Sequence record: NC_054925.1
Direction: 5' to 3' (one strand)
DNA length: 64,000 nt
Source: Escherichia phage vB_EcoM_NBG2
Shown here: piece after piece, positions 21,502-30,515 of the stretch
Layout of the letters: every line of letters starts with the position of its first letter
How positions within the stretch are numbered: position 1 is the first letter of the stretch
Position numbers and translations under genes: made by a program
The notes under the pieces: generated by a model
The model's input: the letters and a program-made list of their open reading frames with translations, nothing else
What the model was told of the DNA's origin: nothing
The model's database searches: none

Positions 21502-23558
21502 TACATTTTGAACTTTTTAGACATTCCGTTAATATTAACCAAAGAAGCCAAGATTTGAGAAACTTCGTTTTCCTCTTCTTTTGATTCTTCTACAAGGAAT
21601 TGATTAAATCCAGTCATTGGACGAACTTCACCAGTTTCCATTAGATGGTCGCCATCATATACCGATTCTTCTAATTGTTCAGAAGGAGGAACGATTGTGC
21701 CTTCGATTAGATACTTGTTATAAGCAGTTTCTTTCATCATGTACGTACTCACTTTATTAATCTTCAGCAAAATTCCACGTGGTAAAATAACTTCAGCTTC
21801 TGATGGAAATCCTGATAAATGACCCGGAACGATAACTTTGATTCGCTCAGCTCCTTTAATTACCATACCTACGCTAGTTTCAGCATCTTCATTCGCATAA
21901 GCAGAGTGACTGCCCATATGCATCAAATCTTCTGCGTCAACTGAACCTTCTCCTTCACCAGAAAATACTGCACTGGAATCATCTAGGGCCATATAGTTTT
22001 TACCATACTCACCGAAGATATTTGGTTTAAGCGATGTGGATACGAAGTTCTTGAAATAGAACATTTTATTTTCAATATTATGACGTAAAGTTTTAAAGGT
22101 AACTTCTTGGCCACGGTAAAGCGTAGTTCCTGGAGGAAGAACTGATCCTTTGGCAAAGGCAGAATCCATTGTCTCGATGTGTTTAATAGCTCGTTCCATA
22201 TATTCTTCACGGGTAGAATCCGGTTTACCTAAAAGGAACGAGTTCATTTCAACATATGAATCTGCACAATAATCTTCAATTACATCAGACTCAGCTTGAG
22301 TTAATCCTTTTGGAGTTACTTCAGTACTTGCATATTCATACGCTTGAGAAGCAGACTCATTAATCAATTTATAAACGCCATTCATGACAAATTGAACAAT
22401 AGCTACCTTTTCATCTGGTGTGGCTTTAGAACCTTTAACTAAATCATTGACAATTTTCTTAATAACATCAAAGCTATTAGAAATATTAATGTCAGCAAGA
22501 TCGCTTAAAATTTTATCAGTTTTATAATCAAAAAATTCTTTATTCTTTAAATATTCTTGAGAACCTTGATATGTTATATCGCTCTGTAACTTGATAGATG
22601 GATCACGTAAACGCGCATGAGCCAATGCAATATGATTTCGGAAGCTTTCTAATTCATAATCACTAGATTTAAAACGGGAAGCACTTCTCATACCACCGAT
22701 AGCTCCTTTGCTGAAGTTTGAACCAACCTGAATAACGCCAGAGTTCATTGGTCCTTCTGCTTTATATACCGGAACTTTAGATTCAAACTCTTGATATTTC
22801 TTAGCAGCGAAGCTATCACCCTGAAGTGAAGCATCGACAGTAGAATATTGAGCTTGTGCTGCTAACCGACGACTAATTTTAGTTTTCTGAATAACAGCTT
22901 GATCCGTGCGCTTATCGTTTTCTAAAGCAATAGAAGCAGCAACAGCAACAGCTTTAGGAACAGCATTACCTGTTTTAACATCTATATAAACATCACCAAC
23001 CTTTGATTCAACTTTTGTGAATAACTCAGTTGAAATAGGAGGTACACCTGGAATGTCTTCTAAATTAGCATTTTTACGGTAAACCATAATATATGCGTAC
23101 TTTTTATCGTAATCCCAGATTTCCTTTAAAAGAACATATCGACCTGCTCCTTTAGTACGTACTAAACGGTCGGCAATAACTTGCATTTGACGAGCTGCAC
23201 CATTTGTTTTACTCTTTAGTACGCGGAATAAGCATGCGTCAATTTTGTATTGTTTCATTGTCTGAAGAGCAGTATCAAAAACCGCATTAATGACACCAAT
23301 TGGATTTCCACCCAAGTTTTTAAGTTTAACTAATGATAGTTTTTCATTGACCCCTATCATTACGATATGCATCATTTTATCGCCTGGCTTAACGTTTTTA
23401 TTTGTATCACCGCCAGAGGTGTATGTACAAAATCTAAATCCAGGAAGCACGCTTTCTTCACCGGCTTGAATAGCAAAAATTTGAGGTATTTTATGCTTAG
23501 GATTTAAGTTAACAACCGGCGCCGAAGCGCCGTCAAATAATTCTGTAATAAGTTCCAT
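21501..23558 (-). CDS. Alt-like ADP-ribosyltransferase paralog (685 aa)
   Basis: N-terminus MELITELFD...; R-S-E signature (TLYRGQ, FVSTSL, EAEVILPRG); tandem to a second Alt-like gene. Confidence 0.85.
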   Translation of the reverse strand: MELITELFDGASAPVVNLNPKHKIPQIFAIQAGEESVLPGFRFCTYTSGGDTNKNVKPGDKMMHIVMIGVNEKLSLVKLKNLGGNPIGVINAVFDTALQTMKQYKIDACLFRVLKSKTNGAARQMQVIADRLVRTKGAGRYVLLKEIWDYDKKYAYIMVYRKNANLEDIPGVPPISTELFTKVESKVGDVYIDVKTGNAVPKAVAVAASIALENDKRTDQAVIQKTKISRRLAAQAQYSTVDASLQGDSFAAKKYQEFESKVPVYKAEGPMNSGVIQVGSNFSKGAIGGMRSASRFKSSDYELESFRNHIALAHARLRDPSIKLQSDITYQGSQEYLKNKEFFDYKTDKILSDLADINISNSFDVIKKIVNDLVKGSKATPDEKVAIVQFVMNGVYKLINESASQAYEYASTEVTPKGLTQAESDVIEDYCADSYVEMNSFLLGKPDSTREEYMERAIKHIETMDSAFAKGSVLPPGTTLYRGQEVTFKTLRHNIENKMFYFKNFVSTSLKPNIFGEYGKNYMALDDSSAVFSGEGEGSVDAEDLMHMGSHSAYANEDAETSVGMVIKGAERIKVIVPGHLSGFPSEAEVILPRGILLKINKVSTYMMKETAYNKYLIEGTIVPPSEQLEESVYDGDHLMETGEVRPMTGFNQFLVEESKEEENEVSQILASLVNINGMSKKFKM

Positions 23559-23561
23559 GAT

Positions 23562-25658
23562 TTATCCTTGAACGAACTTGTAAGGCATGTTTGTAATATC
23601 TATGCAAGACGCAATAATTCCAAGAGATGATTCTACTTTCTGTTTAACATTTGATGAAACAAATGATGCAAAGTCAACTCTGTCTTCTATTTCAATATCA
23701 TCTGTCATTGCAACTACTTCACCCGTTTCCATTAGACGGTCACCGTCATAAATTACTGATTCGGTGAGTTCTTCCGTAGTCATAACTTCAGCTTGAATGA
23801 GTTTTGTATTATTAGATGTTGTTCCGTCATTATTAGAAGCATCAGTTATTTTATTAACTTTGACCATCAATCCGCGCGGTAGAATAACTTCAGCTTCAGT
23901 TGCTATTCCGAGACTTCCTGGATATACAACATTAACTTTATGAGCTCCATCAATTGCCCATCCTATTTGAACTTTAACGTATTCAGGATTTTCTTTATAC
24001 GCTCTTATTTCGTTTGGATTAATAGTTATTCCTTCTTCATTTTTATCAACTGTTAATTCATTACGAGCTTCTGGTTCTAAAAGACCGATACCAGCATGTG
24101 TAATTCCAAAACGTCCAAAAATGATAGGAGTTAAAGAAGTAGATACAAAATTTCTGAAATAGAACACTTTATTTTTAACTAGCGCTTCGTATATAGGAGC
24201 AGTCATACTTTGAGCACGATAAACTGTAATGCCCTCTGGTATACGGTCACCATTTTCAAAAGCTGAATCTAAATTATTTATCGCAGATTCAATTTCTTTT
24301 TCACTCATTACATCATATCGTTCTGGATTGTAGCGGCCTAAAAGAAGATTATTGATGTCAGTATATCCTGATCCACAATACTCTCTAATGCCGCGCTTTT
24401 GCGATGGAGTATATTTAGAACCATCACGTGCAATGGTAATATCAATCATTGGACCTGCACCAATTCCAGAAAAGCTATAAATCATTCGTTTGAGGAATTT
24501 AGTTTTTGCTGCGTTCCAGGAATTTTTAGTTATTTCTTCCCAGACTTCATCTGGCTGCCCTTTACGAGTTTTATTATGTTTATCAAGCCAATTATCTTTA
24601 TATTCTTCAAATAATTGATTAACAGCTGCTGCGTATTTCTCTAAACATTTTATTGAAGTAGTTGGTTCATTTTTAATCGCATTAAGAATTACATCTTTAA
24701 TTTTTTCAGAAACTTCATTAACCTCACTTTTTGAAAAGAATTTATAGTCATAGTGAAGTTCATCTGCGGTTCCTTCGGCAATAATTTTTGCTGCCTTAGT
24801 TTTAGAAGCTAATGAATTAATTCCAAGCTTCATTTCTTCTGCTTCGGGAATTAAAGGAGCTGTAGCAGGTTTATTGAAATTAGCTGCGGTAGATTCATAT
24901 TTCTGGAATAATTCGCTTTCAAATCTAGAAGATTCTAATGACTGACTTTGTGCAATTGCTCTACGGGAAATTTTAACTTTAACGATAACAGCTTGGTCAG
25001 AGCGTTTATCATTTTCTTGTGCAATAGATGCTGCAATTGCCTCATTTTTAGTTACTTGAGCTCCAGTATCTTTATTGATATAAACATCGCCGACTTTCGA
25101 TTCAACCTTAGTAAAGAGCTCGGTACTAATTTCAGGAACTCCTGGAATGTCTTCTAGTGATACATTTTTGCGATGTATAAGAATATATGCGTACTTTTTA
25201 TCATAATCCCAGAGTTCCTTAAGAAGGACGTATCTGCCACCTGAACGACTACGGATAAGTCTATCAGCAATAACTTGAATTTGTCGAGCTTGACCAGCAG
25301 TTTTAGACTTAAGAATACGAAGCATACAGGCATCAATTTTATACTGACGCATCGTCTGCATTGCAACAGTAAAAACTGAATTGATGTAATTAATTGGGCT
25401 TGGACCGAGACCTTTTAATTTAGCAATTGAACCTTTAGCAGTTAATGTAAAAGGAACAATATGCATCATTTTATCGCCCATTTTTAAATCGCGATTAGTA
25501 TCACCTCCAGATGTATAGGTACATAAACGAAAGCCTGGTTGTTCAATTGCATCATCAACATGAACTGAAAAAATTTGTGGTATTTTCTTCTTTGGATTTA
25601 AGTTTGTAATCGGAAGAGTAGTATCTTCGTCAAATAATTCTGTAATGAGTTCCATCAT
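23562..25658 (-). CDS. alt: Alt ADP-ribosyltransferase (698 aa), ligase-proximal copy
   Basis: Same architecture and R-S-E motifs (VYRAQ, FVSTSL, EAEVILPRG); position next to gene 30 as for T4 alt; which copy is orthologous to T4 alt is uncertain. Confidence 0.8.
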   Translation of the reverse strand: MMELITELFDEDTTLPITNLNPKKKIPQIFSVHVDDAIEQPGFRLCTYTSGGDTNRDLKMGDKMMHIVPFTLTAKGSIAKLKGLGPSPINYINSVFTVAMQTMRQYKIDACMLRILKSKTAGQARQIQVIADRLIRSRSGGRYVLLKELWDYDKKYAYILIHRKNVSLEDIPGVPEISTELFTKVESKVGDVYINKDTGAQVTKNEAIAASIAQENDKRSDQAVIVKVKISRRAIAQSQSLESSRFESELFQKYESTAANFNKPATAPLIPEAEEMKLGINSLASKTKAAKIIAEGTADELHYDYKFFSKSEVNEVSEKIKDVILNAIKNEPTTSIKCLEKYAAAVNQLFEEYKDNWLDKHNKTRKGQPDEVWEEITKNSWNAAKTKFLKRMIYSFSGIGAGPMIDITIARDGSKYTPSQKRGIREYCGSGYTDINNLLLGRYNPERYDVMSEKEIESAINNLDSAFENGDRIPEGITVYRAQSMTAPIYEALVKNKVFYFRNFVSTSLTPIIFGRFGITHAGIGLLEPEARNELTVDKNEEGITINPNEIRAYKENPEYVKVQIGWAIDGAHKVNVVYPGSLGIATEAEVILPRGLMVKVNKITDASNNDGTTSNNTKLIQAEVMTTEELTESVIYDGDRLMETGEVVAMTDDIEIEDRVDFASFVSSNVKQKVESSLGIIASCIDITNMPYKFVQG

Positions 25659-25678
25659 ATCCTCTCTAGTGTTTATTC

Positions 25679-25686
25679 TATTTATA
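25679..25686 (-). promoter_or_regulatory. late promoter (TATAAATA, minus) for alt
   Basis: Plus tatttata 21 nt upstream of the alt ATG; Alt is a virion-packaged protein. Confidence 0.6.
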
Positions 25687-25691
25687 AAATT

Positions 25692-25709
25692 AAAGGCCCG
25701 AAGGCCTTT
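25692..25709 (-). terminator. stable hairpin / terminator between the ligase operon and alt
   Basis: AAAGGCC-UUCG-GGCCUUU on the minus transcript, overlapping the stop of ORF 25708..25896. Confidence 0.55.
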
Positions 25710-25896
25710 AATAATCTAGTGGTAAGAGAGTACGATATATTTCAAACTTTGGACCTTTTTCGTAGGCATCAAATGTTTCTGTAAATTTATTATAAGCATA
25801 TGCATCTACAAATTCGAGAATGACTTGTGATACCGAAGTAGAAACATCTCCACCTTCTTTTTGAGCAACGACAATTGTTTCTAAGTAAGCTTTCAT
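25708..25896 (-). CDS. hypothetical protein
   Basis: 62-aa ORF, ATGA overlap with the ligase stop. Confidence 0.5.
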   Translation of the reverse strand: MKAYLETIVVAQKEGGDVSTSVSQVILEFVDAYAYNKFTETFDAYEKGPKFEIYRTLLPLDY

Positions 25897-27353
25897 AAAC
25901 CAGTTACCTCATGAAAATCACCAAATACATCCTCGAATGTATTAGCTTTAGTTTTATCTTCACGTAAACGAATCGCAATTGGAAGAAATAATTTAACGTA
26001 ATCAGTGCGACCATCAGATTTTAACCAACCATTGCATTCGCACTCTAGAATTTTTCCAATATAATAATTTTGGTTTTCCATAATGCGAGTACGGTCAAGT
26101 TCATGTGATTTTACACCGGCTTTATCTTTTAAGCCTGAACCAGCATTTACTTTAATTTTTCCACACTCTGATTCAAGAATAAATCCACCCGCTTTAGTAG
26201 GGTCTTTACGGTGAGGATAAATTCCTACAATTTTTAAATCAACATCAATTACTTCTTTAAATTTATAGAGATTTTTTGAACGAGCATTTTCCCACAATCC
26301 ATCGGTATTTTTGAGAATAATACCTTCAAGACCTTGGTCAATATATTTTTTATAAATTACCTTAGCTTCATCTAGGTTATTTACTACTTGGTTTTCAATT
26401 AAAATTACTTTATCATATCCTGATGTCATTTGTTCTAGTTTAGAAAAACGTACATCATATTTTAAACGAAACGCCGGAAGACCGTATATTTCTACCAACG
26501 GAACATAATCCCAGACCTGAAACTTCATACATTGGGCTTCTTTTTCTGAAATAGTTCCCTTTAAAGATTTATTAGCGATTCCATTAGAAGCAGTACGAGA
26601 TTCAGCTACTTCTGTGAAGTCTTTAGCTTTGCTAATTTCAGGAGTGTCAAAAAGAAAATCTAGGCCTTCTGGTTCCTTTTTAACTTGCTCATGGTATACC
26701 AATTCGCCATCAATTAACACACCTTCTGGATGAATCTGGCGGGCTTCAGCGGTCATTTTGATTAACTCTTCCTTAAGAAGATCTAATCCTAGATATTCAT
26801 TACCAGCTCGTGATAAAAGACGAACATCATCTAATTCATCTCCTCTGACTTCAGCAAAACACCGGGCTCCATCTGCTTTTAACTGCGCAAAAGCTGGAAA
26901 TTTGATATTCTTACTAATGCCTTTTTCATCATAAGAACTTGCAAGCATTTGAGGTTGTTCAGGAATTAAACCTGGCCAAACTTTGTTTGCAATAGATACT
27001 GAAGCACCGCATTCAAGGTCTCGCATCATAACTCGGCGCAAAACTTCAACATCATCCTTTTTACCATCGGTGATATATCCAGTTAATTCCTCAATTGCTG
27101 CATTTCCAGTCAATTTCCGAGTAGCTAACGTAAATTCAATAAAGTCAAGCATATCGGTAATGGTCAGCATTCCAAAACTCTGGGTAGCAATACCAGGCTT
27201 AGGCCATTTCTTGATATAATACTGTAACCCACGAGAATAAGTCAGACGATATACTCGTTTAAGCAATTCATTATCTTTATTCTTTTCAAGAATTGCTTGC
27301 TTCTGCTTAGTTGATCCAATAGATGCTATTTCATTCAGAATTTTAAGAATCAT
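25893..27353 (-). CDS. 30: ATP-dependent DNA ligase gp30
   Basis: 486 aa; adenylation motif KADGAR; sequence recognised as T4 DNA ligase. Confidence 0.97.
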   Translation of the reverse strand: MILKILNEIASIGSTKQKQAILEKNKDNELLKRVYRLTYSRGLQYYIKKWPKPGIATQSFGMLTITDMLDFIEFTLATRKLTGNAAIEELTGYITDGKKDDVEVLRRVMMRDLECGASVSIANKVWPGLIPEQPQMLASSYDEKGISKNIKFPAFAQLKADGARCFAEVRGDELDDVRLLSRAGNEYLGLDLLKEELIKMTAEARQIHPEGVLIDGELVYHEQVKKEPEGLDFLFDTPEISKAKDFTEVAESRTASNGIANKSLKGTISEKEAQCMKFQVWDYVPLVEIYGLPAFRLKYDVRFSKLEQMTSGYDKVILIENQVVNNLDEAKVIYKKYIDQGLEGIILKNTDGLWENARSKNLYKFKEVIDVDLKIVGIYPHRKDPTKAGGFILESECGKIKVNAGSGLKDKAGVKSHELDRTRIMENQNYYIGKILECECNGWLKSDGRTDYVKLFLPIAIRLREDKTKANTFEDVFGDFHEVTGL

Positions 27354-27619
27354 TGTTCATCCTTCAGAGTTTGATTTACATCTCTATTATAAATCAATTC
27401 ATCATTAAGCTCAGGCAAAGACTTATGATATGTAGTTCTAACTTTATTTCCTTGCATCCAGTGCTTGACGTAAATGAAACCTTGCTCTACACATTTTTTA
27501 AAAATTCGTTCGTCTTTTTGAGCACGGAATTCTGGATTGCATCTAAAAAATTGATTTACGTGACCGTAATCACGTGTAGTATTACCTTCATTTTCATAAA
27601 TAGTATGAACAACAAACAT
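27350..27619 (-). CDS. hypothetical protein (30.1-like)
   Basis: 89-aa ORF, ATGA-coupled to ligase. Confidence 0.6.
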   Translation of the reverse strand: MFVVHTIYENEGNTTRDYGHVNQFFRCNPEFRAQKDERIFKKCVEQGFIYVKHWMQGNKVRTTYHKSLPELNDELIYNRDVNQTLKDEQ

Positions 27620-28464
27620 TAGAATGCTCCTTGAAAAATATTATCACCACTAGTAGGTCTATTATACAAATACTCTATGCCACCAGGTTTAATATAGTTC
27701 CATGTCTGAAACGGATATGTCTGATATGGATAATATGGATGATATAGATTATAAGGATTAAATCCAGGCGTTCTCCAGGTAGTGTTCCAAGGAAAAGAAT
27801 CGTTTTTAACCATCTTCTCAATTACATCTTTTATAGCTTTTTCACTATCAAAATTTTCTTTATTTTCCTTCGGTGAAAAAAGCTTATTTTCTACATCATT
27901 CCATGTATAAACTCGCTGAGCAGTTTTTGGAATATTGTCACGTTCTCCTCGAGCCATCCAATAAACCGGAACATTTAATATTTCACTCGCGTGGTCGCAG
28001 TGGTGAGCGAGATCGTCAATATAACAAATTACGTTATATTTCTCTTTTGCCTTTTTAAACAACTCTTCTTTTGAAGAATCATGACCACACATCATTACTT
28101 CTGAGAAGGCACCAGGAAAAAGAGCATTCAAATTAAATTGACGATTTAATAGAGCATCAATAGAATCACCCAATGCTGTAACAGCTACAAAATTATAATC
28201 TTCTTTTAATTTGTTAATTACACACAGGGCATCTTTATACGGAGACAAGTAACGAATAAAATCTGAACGATTGTATTTTTCAATTAACTTGACGCCAAGT
28301 TCTTCGTCACAATTAAAGAGTTTACCTGGAGAAATAAATTTCTCATCTTGGATCATTTTTAAAATATGTTCTAATGGAAGATTATATTTCTGAGCAAAAT
28401 AAGGAAGGCCTGATTGCCAGCTTAAACATACTCCATCAATATCAGTCAAAATAGTTGGCTTCAT
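27619..28464 (-). CDS. HAD-superfamily hydrolase-like protein (30.2-like) with aromatic/Pro-rich C-terminal tail
   Basis: N-terminal LTDIDGV (HAD motif I) and later YIDDL (motif IV); C-terminal 55 aa rich in Y/P/W/N. Confidence 0.65.
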   Translation of the reverse strand: MKPTILTDIDGVCLSWQSGLPYFAQKYNLPLEHILKMIQDEKFISPGKLFNCDEELGVKLIEKYNRSDFIRYLSPYKDALCVINKLKEDYNFVAVTALGDSIDALLNRQFNLNALFPGAFSEVMMCGHDSSKEELFKKAKEKYNVICYIDDLAHHCDHASEILNVPVYWMARGERDNIPKTAQRVYTWNDVENKLFSPKENKENFDSEKAIKDVIEKMVKNDSFPWNTTWRTPGFNPYNLYHPYYPYQTYPFQTWNYIKPGGIEYLYNRPTSGDNIFQGAF

Positions 28465-28925
28465 AGAGAGTCTCTTAATAGGTTTAACACATCAATAAAT
28501 TCAGCTTCGGTTAGTATTGTATCATCTTTTGTTAGACCACTAGCCATGCTGTGCTTCAAAACTTTTCCTTTCGAGGCTTGTAATGCATCACGAAAGCCCC
28601 TGTTTTGGATCGCTGCTTCAAAATATGCATTTGTGTATAATTCTTTCCATGCTTCGGAATATCTTGAAAACGGAGTTCCAAGCCAGAACAACGTGCCACG
28701 GTCCTGAGCTCTTGCATAAGCTCGTCCAGCTTTTTGCGCATCCAACCCGGACATCCCAAATATGCGTCTTTGCTGTTCAACATTTTTCACCTTACACCCT
28801 TGGAGGAATCCTTCGAGACCTCCAAATTGGATACCATCCATAACGAAAGGCCATTGGGCGAAATTGCTTAATGCACATGATGGCCATCTAAAATTGCTTC
28901 TTATCTCTAGCTCAGACATTTTCAA
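28461..28925 (-). CDS. NADAR (YbiA/DUF1768-like) domain protein (30.3-like)
   Basis: N-terminal LSNFAQWPF...DG...LEGFLQ motif resembling the NADAR signature; TTG start in ORF track with ATG 2 codons downstream. Confidence 0.6.
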   Translation of the reverse strand: MKMSELEIRSNFRWPSCALSNFAQWPFVMDGIQFGGLEGFLQGCKVKNVEQQRRIFGMSGLDAQKAGRAYARAQDRGTLFWLGTPFSRYSEAWKELYTNAYFEAAIQNRGFRDALQASKGKVLKHSMASGLTKDDTILTEAEFIDVLNLLRDSL

Positions 28926-29118
28926 TACTTATAATTTCAACATCAGCCCAATGACCATAGCAAGGAAGACGAAATTCAACTGGCCAGTTAGGGTCCTTTT
29001 CTAATATAATAGACTTAACTTGTGGTTCTTCATGTTCATCGGTATACGGACCTTTATACGTTACTTTATATGTGACCTTAATGTACTGAATTCCAAAAAT
29101 CTTATTAATTATATTCAT
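28912..29118 (-). CDS. hypothetical protein
   Basis: 68-aa ORF in the 30.x cluster. Confidence 0.5.
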   Translation of the reverse strand: MNIINKIFGIQYIKVTYKVTYKGPYTDEHEEPQVKSIILEKDPNWPVEFRLPCYGHWADVEIISIENV

Positions 29119-29312
29119 ACTAATTCCTTTAATCCATAGATAGGAGATAATTCATCACCCATACGAAGGTCTTCATTTCCATCTACCCAGGAAACAATAT
29201 AAGCCTCTTTTATTTGAACGTCTCTCCATTTAAATGCAGGCAAAACCTTAGAAATTAATCCAGGTATACCGACTCCCTTTAATTCAACAGTTTGACCCAA
29301 AAAGAATTTCAT
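29115..29312 (-). CDS. hypothetical protein
   Basis: 65-aa ORF, ATGA-coupled. Confidence 0.5.
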   Translation of the reverse strand: MKFFLGQTVELKGVGIPGLISKVLPAFKWRDVQIKEAYIVSWVDGNEDLRMGDELSPIYGLKELV

Positions 29313-29602
29313 TAGAACCTCATCTGAAATCCGTGCGATTTAACATTACCACCACCAATGTCAGAAATATTAATTTCACTCGCAATTGAAGGGTCAATGT
29401 CAATTTCACGATTGAGTTTAATGATTGCTAGAGTATCACGTCCATTTACAGTACGGAACTCTAAAGGACATACTACATTAACGTAGTTTTTAATCGATTC
29501 ACTGGTAGGCTGCAAATGAGCAGGAAGGTCTTTAGGCGCCTTAGAGAAAACCACTTCACAGAAATTTTTGCGGGTATCAAAATAAGTAGTCATAAACATA
29601 GT
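29312..29602 (-). CDS. hypothetical protein (start trimmed to ATG with Shine-Dalgarno)
   Basis: ORF track begins at TTG 29650; ATG at 29602 is preceded by GAGGA and leaves the GC hairpin in the intercistronic region. Confidence 0.5.
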   Translation of the reverse strand, partial: TMFMTTYFDTRKNFCEVVFSKAPKDLPAHLQPTSESIKNYVNVVCPLEFRTVNGRDTLAIIKLNREIDIDPSIASEINISDIGGGNVKSHGFQMRF

Positions 29603-29616
29603 ATTTTCCTCAGTAA

Positions 29617-29630
29617 GGGGCCGAAGCCCC
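29617..29630 (-). promoter_or_regulatory. intercistronic GGGGC-UUCG-GCCCC hairpin
   Basis: 14-nt hairpin with UUCG tetraloop on the minus transcript; identical sequence at 8191..8204. Confidence 0.5.
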
Positions 29631-29639
29631 TGTTTTATT

Positions 29640-30005
29640 TTAAATATCAAATTCGTTAAGAACTACATCAAAGATTGCTTCAAGATGCTCAGGTTTAGCT
29701 CTGTTACTCAGAATATGACGAATCCAAGTTTTAACCAGAAGCTTACGATTGACGCCATTCCAACAAGGATGAGTCCCTAAATCACGTTGACGAAAATCAT
29801 CATCCAGAGCGATTTTAAAAGAAGAACCTTCTTTCGTGATTGAAACCGTAATGCCATTTTCAAATCGCATATAAACGTAGTTAGGAGTCATATACTGTTC
29901 AATTTCGCATACTGATCCATTTTGATGTTTCCAAAGGCAAATAGTATCAATAGAACCTGCAATACCGTTAGAAACATATTTACGTTCAAAGTTAATGTAG
30001 TTCAT
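29640..30005 (-). CDS. hypothetical protein (30.7-like), start trimmed to ATG
   Basis: ORF track start is TTG at 30017; ATG at 30005 has GGAGAATAAA Shine-Dalgarno. Confidence 0.6.
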   Translation of the reverse strand: MNYINFERKYVSNGIAGSIDTICLWKHQNGSVCEIEQYMTPNYVYMRFENGITVSITKEGSSFKIALDDDFRQRDLGTHPCWNGVNRKLLVKTWIRHILSNRAKPEHLEAIFDVVLNEFDI

Positions 30006-30030
30006 TTTATTCTCCAAGATGTTTAATTGC

Positions 30031-30070
30031 GGTACAGGTATATAATATCATATCCTGTACCAAAGTAAAC
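30031..30070 (-). promoter_or_regulatory. early promoter with stem-loop (PeSL-like)
   Basis: Minus GTTTAC, 17 nt, TATTAT; 8-bp inverted repeat GGTACAGG/CCTGTACC flanking the -10. Confidence 0.6.
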
Positions 30071-30072
30071 AA

Positions 30073-30405
30073 TTATTTTACTAATTTCCAATGCTTCATG
30101 TCAAGTTTGCCAACTTTTTTCATCTTCTCAATTAAGCGTTCGGCACGCTGGCGAGCTGTAACATAATACCATTCACCCAATTCATTTTGTTCAATTTTTC
30201 CAACGATTACTGTATTCAATTCATAAATCCAACCAGTAAAGAAATTATGAACTTGAATTGTAAAGGTGAAATCTGTTCCCATACCTTCTGTTGTTTCTAC
30301 TTCAACAATATCACCTTCAACTGCCATTAAGAACCACATAGTTTCATCATATTTACCATTGAAGCATTTAGTTTTAACTGCAGCGTTCAGATTAATCGTT
30401 TTCAT
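30073..30405 (-). CDS. hypothetical protein (30.8-like)
   Basis: 110-aa ORF. Confidence 0.6.
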   Translation of the reverse strand: MKTINLNAAVKTKCFNGKYDETMWFLMAVEGDIVEVETTEGMGTDFTFTIQVHNFFTGWIYELNTVIVGKIEQNELGEWYYVTARQRAERLIEKMKKVGKLDMKHWKLVK

Positions 30406-30413
30406 TTTATTCT

Positions 30414-30462
30414 CCTTTGTTTGTGTAAGATAATACTATCACAAAGGAACCATACTGTAAAC
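30414..30462 (-). promoter_or_regulatory. early promoter with stem-loop (PeSL-like)
   Basis: Minus GTTTAC, 18 nt, TAGTAT; 7-bp inverted repeat CCTTTGT/ACAAAGG. Confidence 0.55.
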
Positions 30463-30480
30463 AACTTTGTGCAATCTTTG

Positions 30481-30510
30481 GAAAATAAAAAAGGACTCCC
30501 GAAGGAGTCC
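30481..30510 (-). terminator. rho-independent terminator after the 30.9-like ORF
   Basis: GGACUCC-UUCG-GGAGUCC hairpin followed by UUUUUUAUUUUC on the minus transcript. Confidence 0.8.
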
Positions 30511-30515
30511 TCAAC

